From Synechococcus sp. (GTDB taxonomy: Bacteria > Cyanobacteriota > Cyanobacteriia > Thermostichales > PCC-7336): a stretch of DNA of 64,000 nucleotides. The DNA lies in NCBI GenBank assembly GCA_051439605.1, contig JBFRWN010000141.1, positions 1 through 64,000 on the forward strand, written 5' to 3'. The notes under the pieces were generated by a model. That model had not been told where the DNA came from. It ran no database searches and was given only the letters and a program-made list of their open reading frames with translations. Each line of letters opens with the position of its first letter. The first letter of the stretch is position 1. Positions 1-10,724 of this stretch are shown one piece after another. The position numbers and the translations under genes are program-made.

Positions 1-176
1 GCAACGGCTGCACCTGGATTGTTATATCCCAGCACTTCGATCAAGGTTGGTATGGCTTCTGGAGAACGAATATCAGCTAGGGCCTCAACTGCATCCAACA
101 TTGCATCCGCTGAATCTGCCAGGTCAATGGCCCGAATGAGTTCTGCACTAGACGGAGCACGCGAGGTCGCAGTCAT
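1..176 (-). CDS. cpcF: Phycocyanobilin lyase subunit CpcF, 5' part (runs off the window start)
   Basis: Not in the ORF track. ATG at 176 overlaps the cpcE stop (ATGA) and translates MTATSRAPSSAELIRAIDLADSADAMLDAVEALADIRSPEAIPTLIEVLGYNNPGAAV; LGYNNPGAAV is the CpcF signature. Confidence 0.9.
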   Translation of the reverse strand, partial: MTATSRAPSSAELIRAIDLADSADAMLDAVEALADIRSPEAIPTLIEVLGYNNPGAAV

Positions 177-1024
177 AACAAGGTATCCATTAACTTCAAA
201 ATAGAGCCAACATCCTCTGATATGTGGGCATCTTCAGTACCGGCTTCCTTCAAGTGGTTTTCTAGCAACCCTTTCATGGAAATTAACTTCAGGCTGTTTT
301 CTGCCAGTGTTTCTGCGACGGCACTGGCGGCGGGAATGTAATCCGTAGCAGCTAAATCCATCAAGGCCGCACGCCTTAACTGCAATTCGGATTCTTGCAA
401 GCCATCGATCAACAAATTTCCATACCGATCGCGTCCGGTAATTTGGTACAGGGCACGAGCAGCTGCAAATCTAACCCGAGCTACTGGATGCGAGAGAAAT
501 TCTTGAATGCAATCAATTTCATCATTAGCCTGTAGCGTGCCTAACGCCTCAAGCAGAGCATCGTAGGGTTGCACGAGGTGCGGCTTGCCGGGGACCATGG
601 TTGCCGCCTCAACCCCTCCGGCCATTAGGCCGATCAGGACAGGGATAGCATTACGATCGCCCAACAATTCCAATGACTGTACCGCAGCTTCCCGCACGTA
701 GTAATCCGAACAGTTCAAACAGTCAATCAGGGCTGGAACCGCTTGAGAAGCGTTCATCTTCCCCAGTGCTCGGGCAGCATTGCGCCTGAGGGGATATCCA
801 CCATCTTCTGTGCGATCGTCTGTATCGGAGAGGGCTGCAATCAGCAGCTCGATCGCCTCGGGGTCTTCAATCCGAAACTTGCCCAACCACCAAGCAGCAT
901 AAAACCGCAACCCTAAGTCATGCCCCTTCAGGTTGGCGATGGCCGTCTCCAGCGTTAACTGTTCGGCTTCCTCAAACTCCAATAACTCAAACCGATCTTG
1001 CACGGGAAAATTCCATTTCAACAT
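173..1024 (-). CDS. cpcE: Phycocyanin alpha-C84 lyase subunit CpcE (HEAT repeats)
   Basis: YAAWWLGK and GGYPLRRNAARALG motifs; directly downstream of cpcA. True start may be the GTG at about 1003. Confidence 0.92.
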   Translation of the reverse strand: MLKWNFPVQDRFELLEFEEAEQLTLETAIANLKGHDLGLRFYAAWWLGKFRIEDPEAIELLIAALSDTDDRTEDGGYPLRRNAARALGKMNASQAVPALIDCLNCSDYYVREAAVQSLELLGDRNAIPVLIGLMAGGVEAATMVPGKPHLVQPYDALLEALGTLQANDEIDCIQEFLSHPVARVRFAAARALYQITGRDRYGNLLIDGLQESELQLRRAALMDLAATDYIPAASAVAETLAENSLKLISMKGLLENHLKEAGTEDAHISEDVGSILKLMDTLL

Positions 1025-1070
1025 AAAAATCCGAGGAGGAAGCCCCAGCAGAGACTGTCCTCCTCGGATT
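1025..1070 (-). terminator. Stem-loop with U-tract between cpcA and cpcE
   Basis: 13-bp inverted repeat AATCCGAGGAGGA (1028-1040) / TCCTCCTCGGATT (1058-1070), followed by T run on the minus strand. Confidence 0.75.
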
Positions 1071-1084
1071 GAAAAACCTAGAGA

Positions 1085-1573
1085 CTAGCTCAGAGCGTTA
1101 ATTGCGTAGTCGAAGTAAGCGTTTGCTTCGACACCAGGGTCACCAGTCAAGCCGTGATTGGCTTTGATGTACTTCAGAGCCTCGATGTACCAGCTAGGGG
1201 AGAGTTCAAAGGTACGGTTGATTTCGTCCAAACCGGCAATCAAGTAATCATCCATGGGGCCGGTGCCGCCCACAACCAAACAGTAAGTCACCATACGGAT
1301 GTAGTAGCCGATGTCGCGGGTGCACTTCGCCTTACCGGTTGGAGTTGAAGCGTAAGCGGGACCGGGAGTAGTGGTGGTGAAGGGGAACTTCTTGTAAACC
1401 GCTTGGGCTGCACCTTCAGCCAAAGTTGAGGCTTTACTAGTCAGAGCAGTAGCAGCTTCCATGGAAGCCTTAGCTTGCTGGAAACGGCCAAAAGCTGTCT
1501 GGATTTCGGTAGAGCTCAAAAAACGTCCTTGTGAGTCAGCAGCATTAACTGCCTCGGTAAGAGGGGTTTTCAT
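1085..1573 (-). CDS. cpcA: Phycocyanin alpha subunit
   Basis: 162 aa, MKTPLTEAV start, GKAKCxRDIGYY chromophore Cys motif. Confidence 0.98.
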   Translation of the reverse strand: MKTPLTEAVNAADSQGRFLSSTEIQTAFGRFQQAKASMEAATALTSKASTLAEGAAQAVYKKFPFTTTTPGPAYASTPTGKAKCTRDIGYYIRMVTYCLVVGGTGPMDDYLIAGLDEINRTFELSPSWYIEALKYIKANHGLTGDPGVEANAYFDYAINALS

Positions 1574-1653
1574 TGTTTAAATATCTCCGATGCTTTAAGT
1601 AAGCGATAGGTTTAGAAGAAAGATGGTATTGAGATACGTGAAAATGCTACGCA

Positions 1654-2172
1654 CTAAGCAACTGCGTTTGCAGCAATGTCAAAGTAGTTACCAACTTCAG
1701 TCATCAAGCTGGAGCAATCACCGCGAGTGATACCGTTAGGATCGTTAGCAATCTTAATCGCAGCAGCCTTCATTTTCTGAACGCCTAGCGCTACGGATGC
1801 ACCGGGGGTTCCCAGAGCCAAGTAGGTCTCGCGCAAACCGTTCAGGCAACGATCGTTCAGGACGCTGGCATCGCCATTGAAGATGGCGTAGGTGACATAG
1901 CGCAAAATGATTTCCATATCGCGCAGGCAAGCAGCCATGCGGCGACTGGTGTATGCGTTACCACCAGGAGCAATCAGCTGAGGCTGCTCGGCAAACAGCT
2001 CGCGAGCTGCGCTAGCAACAATCTCGGAAGAGTTGCCGGTGATGCGGTTAACAATATCCATGCGCTTGTTGCCATCGGCAACAATTTTATTCAGAGCGCT
2101 CAACTCACTACTTGAAAGATATGCTCCCTTGGCATCGGCCTGAGCAACGACCTTAGCAAACGCATCAAACAT
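1654..2172 (-). CDS. cpcB: Phycocyanin beta subunit
   Basis: 172 aa, MFDAFAKVV start, RRMAACLRD (C82) and GDCSSL (C153). Confidence 0.98.
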   Translation of the reverse strand: MFDAFAKVVAQADAKGAYLSSSELSALNKIVADGNKRMDIVNRITGNSSEIVASAARELFAEQPQLIAPGGNAYTSRRMAACLRDMEIILRYVTYAIFNGDASVLNDRCLNGLRETYLALGTPGASVALGVQKMKAAAIKIANDPNGITRGDCSSLMTEVGNYFDIAANAVA

Positions 2173-2300
2173 TTATTCAAATCTCCTACTTAGCTTTTTG
2201 GTTAAGGACGATTGTCATAGGAATTACAGCCCTGAGCTCATTAAAAAAGGCTCTTAACTGAAAAGGCAGCTAAGAAATGTGAAGCACAGGCAACATCGCC

Positions 2301-2364
2301 ATTATAAAGTCTCACTTACTCTAAGGTCTCAATCTATCGAGAGAAGTCAACAAGACTTTATACC
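2301..2364 (-). promoter_or_regulatory. cpcBA promoter: TATAAT -10 box with upstream HLR1-like repeat
   Basis: Minus strand GGTATAAA-GT-CTTGTTGA (2364-2347), then 40 nt, then TATAAT (2306-2301). Confidence 0.6.
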
Positions 2365-2719
2365 GCACTGTTGAGGCTGACTCGTAATCTTGAAAACCCC
2401 GGCAACACATTGTGCTGGCTGGCTTGGTTGGTCGCGGTCTTCGACTTCTCTTTATACAATGTTGCCGATGACCACTCTGAGGAAAGTTTTTATTTATTTA
2501 CAAGCCCGTTATACAGGTCGGTTTGGGCAGAAAAAACAGAGCATCAAAGGGGTAAGGGAAATACACCGCTAGTAAGAGTTGCTAGCTCAATCGCAGTTGT
2601 AGAATGCTACATCCCCTTTGTACGTTGGTCTCCTCCAGCATTCTATCTGGATAGCCCTCACCGTAAGATTGGGATTTTTCTGGTGGCCCTGTCTGCACCA
2701 TCACTGAAGCGTAGCCCTT

Positions 2720-3475
2720 TTAGGCGATCGCCCTAGTCTCGGGCAACTTCCGCTCCAGATCGAACAAAAAGCCGTGAATGTATTCTTCCGTCCATTCCGG
2801 ACCGTAAAATCGGGTCAGCATCCCCCTCGCTGGGTCTTTCTCCGCCCGATAGCGCAAGTAAGCTAACTGTGCTTGCAAAATCCTAGCCAGTTCATTTGGG
2901 TTGCTAATCGCTTCAGCCCGCTGGACAAAGTCTATATATAGGTCCAAATAGTCTTTGAAACAATCAAACACCTGAGTTTCAACCACTTCTGTATCGCTGG
3001 GCCGGGTCCAGATAAACGCTGGAGAGAAAAACTGTTGGGCTTCTTCGGGAAAGTCACCCCCCCAAGGCAGGTGCTGCTGGTGACGCTTGAATATAGGCAT
3101 CACGGGCTCGGTGTACTTGGTCTGGTAACTGGGCTCATCCCTAAATAACGGTTGCATGTCGATCGCGATTAAATGGCCCCCCGGAAGGGTAACCAAGTCA
3201 GCACCAAAAAACGGCAGATCGTAGGTGGGATGAGGGAAAATAACAAAATTTAAGACTTGTAAGGCTTCGCCCCCTTCAACGTGAGCCGCCCGGATTTGAC
3301 GGAGCTTGGGAGTTTGATATCCGTGGCTAGTGGTGAGAACTTCGGACTGACGTTTCCCTTTGCCAGTAAAGGCTGATTTTTGCTCGAACCCCGCTGGAAT
3401 GGGGTAGGGAGAAACCTGCAGGCGATCGGAGAGGGTGGCGATCGCATGTTCGAGAAATGGCTGATAAATTGACAT
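2720..3475 (-). CDS. pebB: Phycoerythrobilin:ferredoxin oxidoreductase
   Basis: FDBR motifs [24 protein letters not shown] and EKDPARGML; follows pebA. Confidence 0.95.
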   Translation of the reverse strand: MSIYQPFLEHAIATLSDRLQVSPYPIPAGFEQKSAFTGKGKRQSEVLTTSHGYQTPKLRQIRAAHVEGGEALQVLNFVIFPHPTYDLPFFGADLVTLPGGHLIAIDMQPLFRDEPSYQTKYTEPVMPIFKRHQQHLPWGGDFPEEAQQFFSPAFIWTRPSDTEVVETQVFDCFKDYLDLYIDFVQRAEAISNPNELARILQAQLAYLRYRAEKDPARGMLTRFYGPEWTEEYIHGFLFDLERKLPETRAIA

Positions 3476-3480
3476 TTGCT

Positions 3481-4212
3481 TTAGGGGTGGGCTGCTACCG
3501 CGAGGGGCTGGGCATCTTCAAACAAAAATTCGTACAGGAACCGATTGGCCCATTCGCTGCCAAAATACGAACTGAATAAACCGTGGGCCGGATCGCGCTC
3601 GGCACTGTATTGGTCGTAGTCTTTTTGGGCCTTAACGATCCGCTGTATGTCAGACGGGTCGGATAAGGGTTCGGCCCTATCCAGCATGTCCCAATAAAAT
3701 TCGAGATAATCTTTAAATGCACTGAATACGCGCGTCGACACAGTTTCGGCGTCAGTTTTGGCGAACAGGAGATATTTCGAAAAATACTGATTGGCGTCGT
3801 AGAACTTCATTTCCAGGTCCTGAGCCAAATCGCTGTATTTGTCCTTGAGAGCTTTCAAGGGCTCGATATAACGATCTAGATAGGCTTCGTCTTGGAAGAG
3901 GGGCTGGCAGTCTAGCACGACCAAGATTTTTTTCTTGCCGAATGACAGAAAGTCCACCCCCAGCAATGGAATGTCATACTGGTGGTTGGGGTAAATCACG
4001 CTGTTAAAAACTTGGGCTGCCGCCCCGGCATCAATGTAGGTGTAGCGAATTTTGCGCAGCTCGGGGGATTGGTAGCACCAACTCTGGATGGTGGCAGCAT
4101 GCTTGCCGCGATCGCTAGAGTTGTAAGCCAGCCCTTCGGGAATCGCACGAGGGATTAACTCAAAATTATCCTGTATGGATTTCTCTAAGTGCTTTAAGAA
4201 CGGTTCGTACAT
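3481..4212 (-). CDS. pebA: 15,16-dihydrobiliverdin:ferredoxin oxidoreductase
   Basis: [22 protein letters not shown] and ERDPAHGLF motifs. Confidence 0.95.
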   Translation of the reverse strand: MYEPFLKHLEKSIQDNFELIPRAIPEGLAYNSSDRGKHAATIQSWCYQSPELRKIRYTYIDAGAAAQVFNSVIYPNHQYDIPLLGVDFLSFGKKKILVVLDCQPLFQDEAYLDRYIEPLKALKDKYSDLAQDLEMKFYDANQYFSKYLLFAKTDAETVSTRVFSAFKDYLEFYWDMLDRAEPLSDPSDIQRIVKAQKDYDQYSAERDPAHGLFSSYFGSEWANRFLYEFLFEDAQPLAVAAHP

Positions 4213-4385
4213 ATGGATGGATGTAAAAAATATCTAGATATTTTTTCAGCATAAGGGACGTAGCTGGGAGCCTAGATGGGAGACTCTGAGAAAGCAACAA
4301 AGCGTAATGAACCCAACCTGTTCGATCCATCCTGTGATGGATGCTAGCCCGGGATGTTGGTAGCCCTAGCGATCGCCAAATAAGA

Positions 4386-4982
4386 CTAAGGGAGTATTGC
4401 TGGGATACCCGCTTGCCGATCGCTGACCATTTTCTCCAATTGCGCGTTCGTCACGCAGCGCCGTTCCGAGCAGTAGGCCATTAGATTGACGCCATTCATC
4501 ATCCGAACCGTGCTGACTCTCACCCGAAAGTCGTCTGTCAGAAACCAGGCCCGCTCTTGGCCTTGATTGTTGTCGTAGTCGGTAACAATTGTCAGCACGC
4601 CATCATCTGCAAAGTTATACCGACCGATGACCGGTTTGCCATCCACGTAGCCCACATCTCTAAGAATGCGGCCCGATCGCAAGTCTGAACTGCTGGGCAC
4701 GGCCACTAAAACAGCAGCGTTGTCCGGATCGAATTCCCGCGTATCAAGATTGACCTGCCAGGTAAATGCAGCACCGCCAGACGCATTGGCGGGATCGACT
4801 TTATGTTGCTTGCAAATCGCGATCACGCGATTGTCGTTCGTATCCAGAGGGGTAACCGTAATGTTTGATTCTCCCGATTCGTCCTCTGTGGAATCAAAGT
4901 GATGGACGCTGCGCTGGATATACCAAGTGCCCTCGCTCTTCTTGAAGAAATCCTTCATTGTCATGGGGGGATGCAAGTGCAT
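4386..4982 (-). CDS. cpeU: S/U-type phycoerythrin lyase CpeU
   Basis: PPMTMxDFFxKSEGTWxxQRSVHHFD N-terminus typical of CpeU. Confidence 0.85.
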   Translation of the reverse strand: MHLHPPMTMKDFFKKSEGTWYIQRSVHHFDSTEDESGESNITVTPLDTNDNRVIAICKQHKVDPANASGGAAFTWQVNLDTREFDPDNAAVLVAVPSSSDLRSGRILRDVGYVDGKPVIGRYNFADDGVLTIVTDYDNNQGQERAWFLTDDFRVRVSTVRMMNGVNLMAYCSERRCVTNAQLEKMVSDRQAGIPAILP

Positions 4983-5182
4983 GATTAAGCCTCAGCAATG
5001 GTTATAGTGTGTATTTGCAATAGTCGAAATTTATAATTCTTGCAGCTCGATGGATACCTGATGGACAAGCTAGGCGGTCTTGAGGATTTCCCTATTTATG
5101 CTACGCACGCTCCGTTCTAGACACCTACGAGAACCCTTAGAATAGCTGCTATTGATTCTTTATTAAATTCAACGTGTGAATA

Positions 5183-6016
5183 ATGTCCCATTTGTCTGCA
5201 AGCGATATTGCCATCCAGGTCGGCAACGGAGAGAGCTTCGACAACTCGGATTTGTCAGGTATCGATTTCAGCCAACTGGATTTATATCAAGCCAGTTTGG
5301 TCAATGCGATTTTTGAGGGGGGCAATTTAGAAAATGTTGGTTTGACCAATGCCGACCTCAGGGGAGCTCAACTGCAACAGTGCAACTTGAAAGGAGCCGA
5401 CCTGCGCGGCACAAATTTGAAAGGAGCTGATTTGACAGGGGCTGATTTGACAGGAGCCTATCTCAACCGAGCGGATATGCGTGGGGCAAACTTTAGCGAT
5501 GCCATTCTTGTCGATGCCAGCTTCAACAGCGGTCTGTATGACGGTCATACTTGCTGGCCAGAAGGATTTCGCTATAAGTCTTCCGGTGCGGTAGGACCGG
5601 GTGCTGTCTTAAATGGTGCTTACCTAAATACTGCGTATTTAAGAGGCGTTGACCTAACTGGGATACGACTGCTTGGAGCCTATCTCAGCGGTGCCGATCT
5701 GACGGGGGCCAATCTAACCGATGCGTCGTTGAGTGGAGCCAACCTGCAAAAGGCTTTCCTGACGGGGGCCTGTCTTAAAAATGCCCGGCTGTGCAACACA
5801 GAACTGCAAATGGTAGATTTTCGCGGTGCCGACTTAGAAGGGGCTGATTTCACCGATGTGGTCAATGTGGCAGGGGCCGACTTTAGCTTTGTAACAGGGT
5901 TGAGCGAGGACACTCGAGCTCGGCTGCTGGGTCGGCAATCGCAAGAGATTACCACTTGGAATTCTTATACGCGATCGAACGCCAAAGAAAGCTTGATCGC
6001 CAATCCGGACGCCTGA
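5183..6016 (+). CDS. Pentapeptide-repeat protein
   Basis: Two blocks of A(D/N)Lxx repeats separated by a YDxxTxWPxGF linker. Confidence 0.9.
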   Translation: MSHLSASDIAIQVGNGESFDNSDLSGIDFSQLDLYQASLVNAIFEGGNLENVGLTNADLRGAQLQQCNLKGADLRGTNLKGADLTGADLTGAYLNRADMRGANFSDAILVDASFNSGLYDGHTCWPEGFRYKSSGAVGPGAVLNGAYLNTAYLRGVDLTGIRLLGAYLSGADLTGANLTDASLSGANLQKAFLTGACLKNARLCNTELQMVDFRGADLEGADFTDVVNVAGADFSFVTGLSEDTRARLLGRQSQEITTWNSYTRSNAKESLIANPDA

Positions 6017-6078
6017 ATCTTACAACTTGGCGATCGCAGACTATGAGGGGAATTGGGTTCCGTTTTGTGCGATACCAG

Positions 6079-6741
6079 CTATTTCACCTTGTCTTCTAAG
6101 GTGGCCCCGACAACACGATGGTCGCTGTCTCTAGCCAGCTCCTGTAATGCCGCCACCGCTTCGGGTTCGTCAAAATTAAACAGAGCTTTGGCTACCCGCA
6201 ACCGAACGCGCCAAGAGGCATCACCAGCGTAGTTGAGCAATGCTTGTAACGCATCGGCGCGCAGAGGAGTGCCCGCTAGCGTTGCCAAACAGGTGGTCGA
6301 GGTTTCCCGCACCGTTTCGTCCTCCCCTTCCAAACCGCAGACACAGACTTCGTACAATTCTTCCGGACAGTCGGTCATTTCTGTTAACGCTGCCAGAATA
6401 CTGCGACGAACTAACCAATGATCGTCTTGAAAGAACGTACTGACGAGGTGCGAACTAGAGATTTTTCCGTAAAGGGATAATGAGTTTGCGGCTTCGGCAC
6501 GCACGTTGGGATCGGGATCGAGCTTGGTGACTTGGAGAAGGGCTGCAAATCCCTCGGTGGTTTGGTGTCTTGCTAATCCCATACAGATAAAGGTACGCAC
6601 CAAAAATTCAGGGTCGTTCAGTTTGTCAATCAGCAGTGGCATTGCCACATCCGTTTCGCAGTCCCACAGCTGCTTTACTGCCTTCAGGCGAACTTGTGAA
6701 TCGTCACTGTTTAGGTTTGCCTCAATTTCTGGTAAGTCCAT
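6079..6741 (-). CDS. nblB: NblB-like HEAT-repeat protein (phycobilisome degradation / lyase-like)
   Basis: DPNVRAEAANSL and DDHWLVRRSILAAL motifs. Start moved to the internal ATG at 6741 (ORF track gives 6765). Confidence 0.7.
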   Translation of the reverse strand: MDLPEIEANLNSDDSQVRLKAVKQLWDCETDVAMPLLIDKLNDPEFLVRTFICMGLARHQTTEGFAALLQVTKLDPDPNVRAEAANSLSLYGKISSSHLVSTFFQDDHWLVRRSILAALTEMTDCPEELYEVCVCGLEGEDETVRETSTTCLATLAGTPLRADALQALLNYAGDASWRVRLRVAKALFNFDEPEAVAALQELARDSDHRVVGATLEDKVK

Positions 6742-6851
6742 CACCAAGGTTGGATACGCGTACATTAACCTTACTTTACATAACGTTTAGCAAGGGACTG
6801 AATTTGAGATGATGTATTTTAAATCTGGATTTAATCAAGCAGGTTATATCA

Positions 6852-7076
6852 ATGTCTAATAGCGTTCAGGCCCCCCCAACTCCCGATGAAATTCAGTCTG
6901 TGATTGAAGAGTTGGAAGCGTATCGAGCCAGAATCTTTGATGAGACGATTGCTGTGGCCAAGAAAGCTAAACTGCCGAAGAAGTTGGTGCTCGAGCAACT
7001 AGAGAAAAACCCTGATGTCGTTAAGATTGACGGTGCGTTGAAAGAGCTTCGAGCTCAGATGGATATCGCGCAATAG
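6852..7076 (+). CDS. Small helical hypothetical protein
   Basis: 74-aa ATG ORF, amphipathic helical pattern (IEELEAYRARI), divergent from nblB. Confidence 0.75.
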   Translation: MSNSVQAPPTPDEIQSVIEELEAYRARIFDETIAVAKKAKLPKKLVLEQLEKNPDVVKIDGALKELRAQMDIAQ

Positions 7077-7202
7077 CTGACTGTCGCAACGACGGGTCAA
7101 CCGTCGAAAGACTTTTTTTCTGATTGAATATTCGGGATTGCTCGTTCCACATGACTAGCCCTCCTTGTCTGTGGAGACAAGTTACGTTTTGATTTTGAAT
7201 CC

Positions 7203-7829
7203 ATGACCGGTCCATTAAGCGATACCCTCCAGAACCTGATTGCGAAGGCTCGAATTGTCAGTTTTGCCAGCTGGCAGTCAGCGTTTTCTCCGGATGCGAT
7301 CGCCATGTTTCAAGCGGCTGATGACGATCGCCACTATCTTTCCGATGACGAGATCGCTCGGTTGCAAGCTTTAAGCGACAATTTCTCGGAAGCGGGAATC
7401 GCCATCGCTCGCGATCTACGAGATGCAGCTAAAAACATTGTGGAGGAAGCCAGGAGCGGAGTTCTTTCAGCTTTTCCCGGAATCACCGAACCCGGCGGTG
7501 GGCTGTATCCCCCCCAAAGAGCAGACGCTTGTTGGCGAGACTATTGGCAATTTCTGCGCTGCGTCACCTACGGCATTGCCGCCCAGCAGCAACAGTTCAC
7601 TAGTCCAGAAGGGCTGTATCACCTGCAGTTGCTTTACCAAGAGCTAGAGGTTCCTTTGGATGCCATGGTGATGGGGATCGATACCCTTAAGCAAGCCAGC
7701 CTCAAACGATTGGGCGATCGCGACCCAGTATTGGTAGAACCTTACTTTGACCATCTCCGCAATGCTCTCGATCGCTTTCGCCAAGCCCCATCAGAGCCGC
7801 CGCCTCCTCTAACCAGTGGCAGAACTTAG
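7203..7829 (+). CDS. aplA: Allophycocyanin-like protein AplA
   Basis: Phycobiliprotein fold with an N-terminal extension KARIVSF and PGGGLYPPxRAxACWRD motif. Confidence 0.85.
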   Translation: MTGPLSDTLQNLIAKARIVSFASWQSAFSPDAIAMFQAADDDRHYLSDDEIARLQALSDNFSEAGIAIARDLRDAAKNIVEEARSGVLSAFPGITEPGGGLYPPQRADACWRDYWQFLRCVTYGIAAQQQQFTSPEGLYHLQLLYQELEVPLDAMVMGIDTLKQASLKRLGDRDPVLVEPYFDHLRNALDRFRQAPSEPPPPLTSGRT

Positions 7830-7910
7830 TAGATCCTGTGAGGAGATCGGCACTCTCTCAACTGATTTCTCTTTTTTATCGATACTCCGTTACATTGCAA
7901 TCTGACAGGA

Positions 7911-8393
7911 ATGGAAACCGTGACCGATGTTCTGACGGCAAGGATGCTCTTGTCCCACAATCACGACGTAGATGACGAGGTTGTACCTGCCCTGAGTCGT
8001 TCTGAATTCTCCGCTGTTTTTAGCGATCGTCTGTCCAAACGACCCGATATGACCTGTCAGGCGATCGAACATCCCCACTGGGTCTGTGAAATTCGATTTG
8101 ACGAATCCCAGTTAACTCCGCAGCAGGTGGGAGAACTGTGTGCCGAAGCATTGCTAGATGCCCGTCGTCCTCAGCTCGGGGCTGATCGGGCCATGCCCCA
8201 TATCTTGATTTTGGGTGGAAAGAAAAGTACGCCAGTCACCAATCCAGTTCCCAATGCCTTGCTGACGGGGGAATGGGGGGTGGATGTAGTTGAGACCCCT
8301 TTAGCATCAAGTTTTTTAGAAGAGATGAATTGGGATGCTGCAGTAGTTGCTCGCCCGCAAGGCTCGGTATTTAAGGTGGAAGTATCGAACTAG
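7911..8393 (+). CDS. DUF2656-like hypothetical protein
   Basis: LLSHN, HPHW, LGGKK, WGVDVVET and NWDA motifs recalled for DUF2656. Confidence 0.7.
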   Translation: METVTDVLTARMLLSHNHDVDDEVVPALSRSEFSAVFSDRLSKRPDMTCQAIEHPHWVCEIRFDESQLTPQQVGELCAEALLDARRPQLGADRAMPHILILGGKKSTPVTNPVPNALLTGEWGVDVVETPLASSFLEEMNWDAAVVARPQGSVFKVEVSN

Positions 8394-8653
8394 GAAACGT
8401 TGCATCACCGTCCGATCGCTCCAGCTATTTACAAATCTTGATGGCTGTCTAAGCTGAGGCGTATGAGAATAAATACGGACCAAGATATGCCCATTTACTA
8501 TCGCTAACGCTTTGTCGGTGCTGGCCCTAATGCCGGCGTGCGTTGCATTAAGTGGAGCTGTCCCAGGTCTAGACGATTGTCAAAGCGTGTTGTTAGCAAC
8601 ACATTTTAATAACTGACTCAAACAACATCCCGTTGTTATTTGGAGAATATTGA

Positions 8654-9508
8654 ATGGTTTTTGGACCAGCCTCACGACTGGGCGTGAGCTTTTTTGAAGA
8701 AACCGAACCACAGGAAGTGTGGCCCGGAATACCTGACGGTGATAAAGAAGCAATTATTCGTGCAGTGTATCGGCAAGTGCTGGGCAACGCATACGTTATG
8801 GATAGCGAGCGCCTGACTGTGGCTGAGTCTCAGTTCAAGCTTGGCTATTACAGCGTGCGCGATTTTGTTCGGGCTGTCGGCAAATCTGAATACTACCAAT
8901 CTCGCTTCTTCGATTGCCCCCGCTATCGCTCTTTTGAGTTAGGTTACAAGCATTTCTTAGGTCGTGCCCCCAACAACTACGACGAAATGAAAGCTTGTAG
9001 CGCGGTGTTGGACAGTGGCACCTTCGACGATTTGATTGACTTCTACGTTGATAGCGACGAGTACCAAGAGGTCTTCGGCGAAGACACCGTACCTTACATT
9101 CGCGGCTACAAAACCGAAGCGTGCAAGAACATGGTGGGCTTCACCCACACGTTCCAACTGGTTCGGGGATCGTCCAGCAGCGACTTTAAAGGCAGCTTGG
9201 CTTACAAGAAGCCTGTCCTGAACGGCTTGGTTATCAACGGCACCGGGACTCCGGTGGTGTCCTCTAGCGCTGCAGCCACATATCAAACTCCTGCGCTCGG
9301 TTCGCGCCAGCGTCAGGGCGTTGGTGCTAGCGCAGATGGCAAAGTTTATCGCATTGAGGTCACCGGTTACCGCTCCAACGTGGTCAATCGCGTATCTAAG
9401 TTCCGTCGCTCAAACAAGGTGTATATCGTACCTTTTGACAAGCTCTCGGAAGAGTACAAGCGCATTCATGCTCAAGGTGGCGTGATTGCAAGTATTACTC
9501 CGGTCTAG
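8654..9508 (+). CDS. cpeC: Phycoerythrin-associated rod linker CpeC
   Basis: FGPASRLGVS N-terminus, linker domain ([16 protein letters not shown]) and C-terminal CpcD-like domain. Confidence 0.92.
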   Translation: MVFGPASRLGVSFFEETEPQEVWPGIPDGDKEAIIRAVYRQVLGNAYVMDSERLTVAESQFKLGYYSVRDFVRAVGKSEYYQSRFFDCPRYRSFELGYKHFLGRAPNNYDEMKACSAVLDSGTFDDLIDFYVDSDEYQEVFGEDTVPYIRGYKTEACKNMVGFTHTFQLVRGSSSSDFKGSLAYKKPVLNGLVINGTGTPVVSSSAAATYQTPALGSRQRQGVGASADGKVYRIEVTGYRSNVVNRVSKFRRSNKVYIVPFDKLSEEYKRIHAQGGVIASITPV

Positions 9509-9518
9509 CGGGATGATT

Positions 9519-9549
9519 AAGCCAGCCTCCTGAATGGAGGAGGCTTTTT
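9519..9549 (+). terminator. Stem-loop with U-tract after cpeC
   Basis: AAGCC-AG-CCTCC-TGAAT-GGAGG-A-GGC-TTTTT. Confidence 0.65.
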
Positions 9550-9697
9550 GGCACAGATCGCTTTTTATCTCAGCTCGACCTTTGGTGCCCGAGCTCCCAA
9601 GCTTTTCCATAGGCTTGTGGCATTTTTGCACCAATACATTGAATCAAATTTGCATTTTTATTGTTCTTTGACCAATTGATACAGGAGACGCTTTACT

Positions 9698-10477
9698 ATG
9701 CCAAGCGCAGCCTTTAAATCAGTGGATGCCACCCCGGTTGAAATCTGGGACGGTAGCTCGACTGAAGACAAAGAAGTCGTTATTAGCGCGGTTTACAAGC
9801 AGGTTCTCGGCAACCCTCATTTAATGGCCAGCGAGCGCCTAACCGAAGCCGAATCTCGCTTCAAGGAAGGAACCTACAGCGTACGCGATTTTGTGCGTGC
9901 CGTTGCTAAGTCCGATGAGTATAAGAAACGCTTCTTTGAAACCGCAGCCCCCTACCGTTTTGTAGAACTCAACTTCAAGCACTTGCTGGGTCGTGCTCCG
10001 CTCGATCAGGCAGAGCTGTCCGAGCACATTCAGCGCTGTGTCAACGACGGCTATAACGCTGAAATCGATTCCTACATCGACAGCGACGAATATCAAAAGA
10101 ATTTTGGCGAGTACACGGTTCCTTACTACTGCTGGTCTACTAGCCAAGTGGGTCAGAAGCAAGCCACCTATAATCGCCTATCCGAGATTTATCAGGGTTT
10201 TGCCGGTACTGATAAAGCGGTGAAGAGTGCCAAGCTAGTGGGGGCAATTGCAGGGAACTCTTCCACGAAAATCACCGGTCCTTCCACGGGCGGTCGAATT
10301 TCCCCATACTCCGCAGCCACCGACAAGACCTTCAAAATTGTTGTGTCTACCACCAGTGGCAATCGCCGGCGTCGCTGCACCGAAGAATATTTGGTGTCTG
10401 GCAGCAAGATGACCCCTCAAATTCAGCGCATTGCTCGCTCGAAGGGTCGCATCATTAGCATTACTGAAGTTGCGTAA
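9698..10477 (+). CDS. cpeD: Phycoerythrin rod linker, CpeD-like
   Basis: Linker domain with YRFVELNFKHLLGRAP, and an RRRR...MTPQIQRI C-terminus typical of CpeD. Confidence 0.8.
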   Translation: MPSAAFKSVDATPVEIWDGSSTEDKEVVISAVYKQVLGNPHLMASERLTEAESRFKEGTYSVRDFVRAVAKSDEYKKRFFETAAPYRFVELNFKHLLGRAPLDQAELSEHIQRCVNDGYNAEIDSYIDSDEYQKNFGEYTVPYYCWSTSQVGQKQATYNRLSEIYQGFAGTDKAVKSAKLVGAIAGNSSTKITGPSTGGRISPYSAATDKTFKIVVSTTSGNRRRRCTEEYLVSGSKMTPQIQRIARSKGRIISITEVA

Positions 10478-10724
10478 CGTCACCAGTTCAGAGCAGGAAG
10501 CTAACTTAACTTCCTGCTCTACCAGCAGGTGAAACGAGATAAAAGGTGTCGGAGTGTGAGAGTTGCCAAACTATTGTTCTGTGCTCTCAACATGTATTTG
10601 CATTGAAATTTAACGCTCAACGGAGACTGTAGGCAGCCAAGCAGGCGAATGACGACTGAGGTTGAGCAATTCGCATTGAAACTGTTTTACCCATGACTTT
10701 ATTCAATATTGGAGGACTCTTCTA

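Noticed and set aside
1085..2172. Calling the PC genes rpcBA (PEB-bearing R-phycocyanin)
   Set aside because: Chromophore type cannot be read from these sequences, and the adjacent lyase looks like ordinary CpcE/F.
2371..2736. 121-aa ORF between cpcB and pebB
   Set aside because: TTG start, no motif, lies next to the cpcB promoter and overlaps the pebB 3' end.
8394..8653. Shared antenna promoter motif or G-box upstream of cpeC
   Set aside because: Best match TTTACAAATCTTG is weak and lacks the 40-nt spacing to a -10 box.
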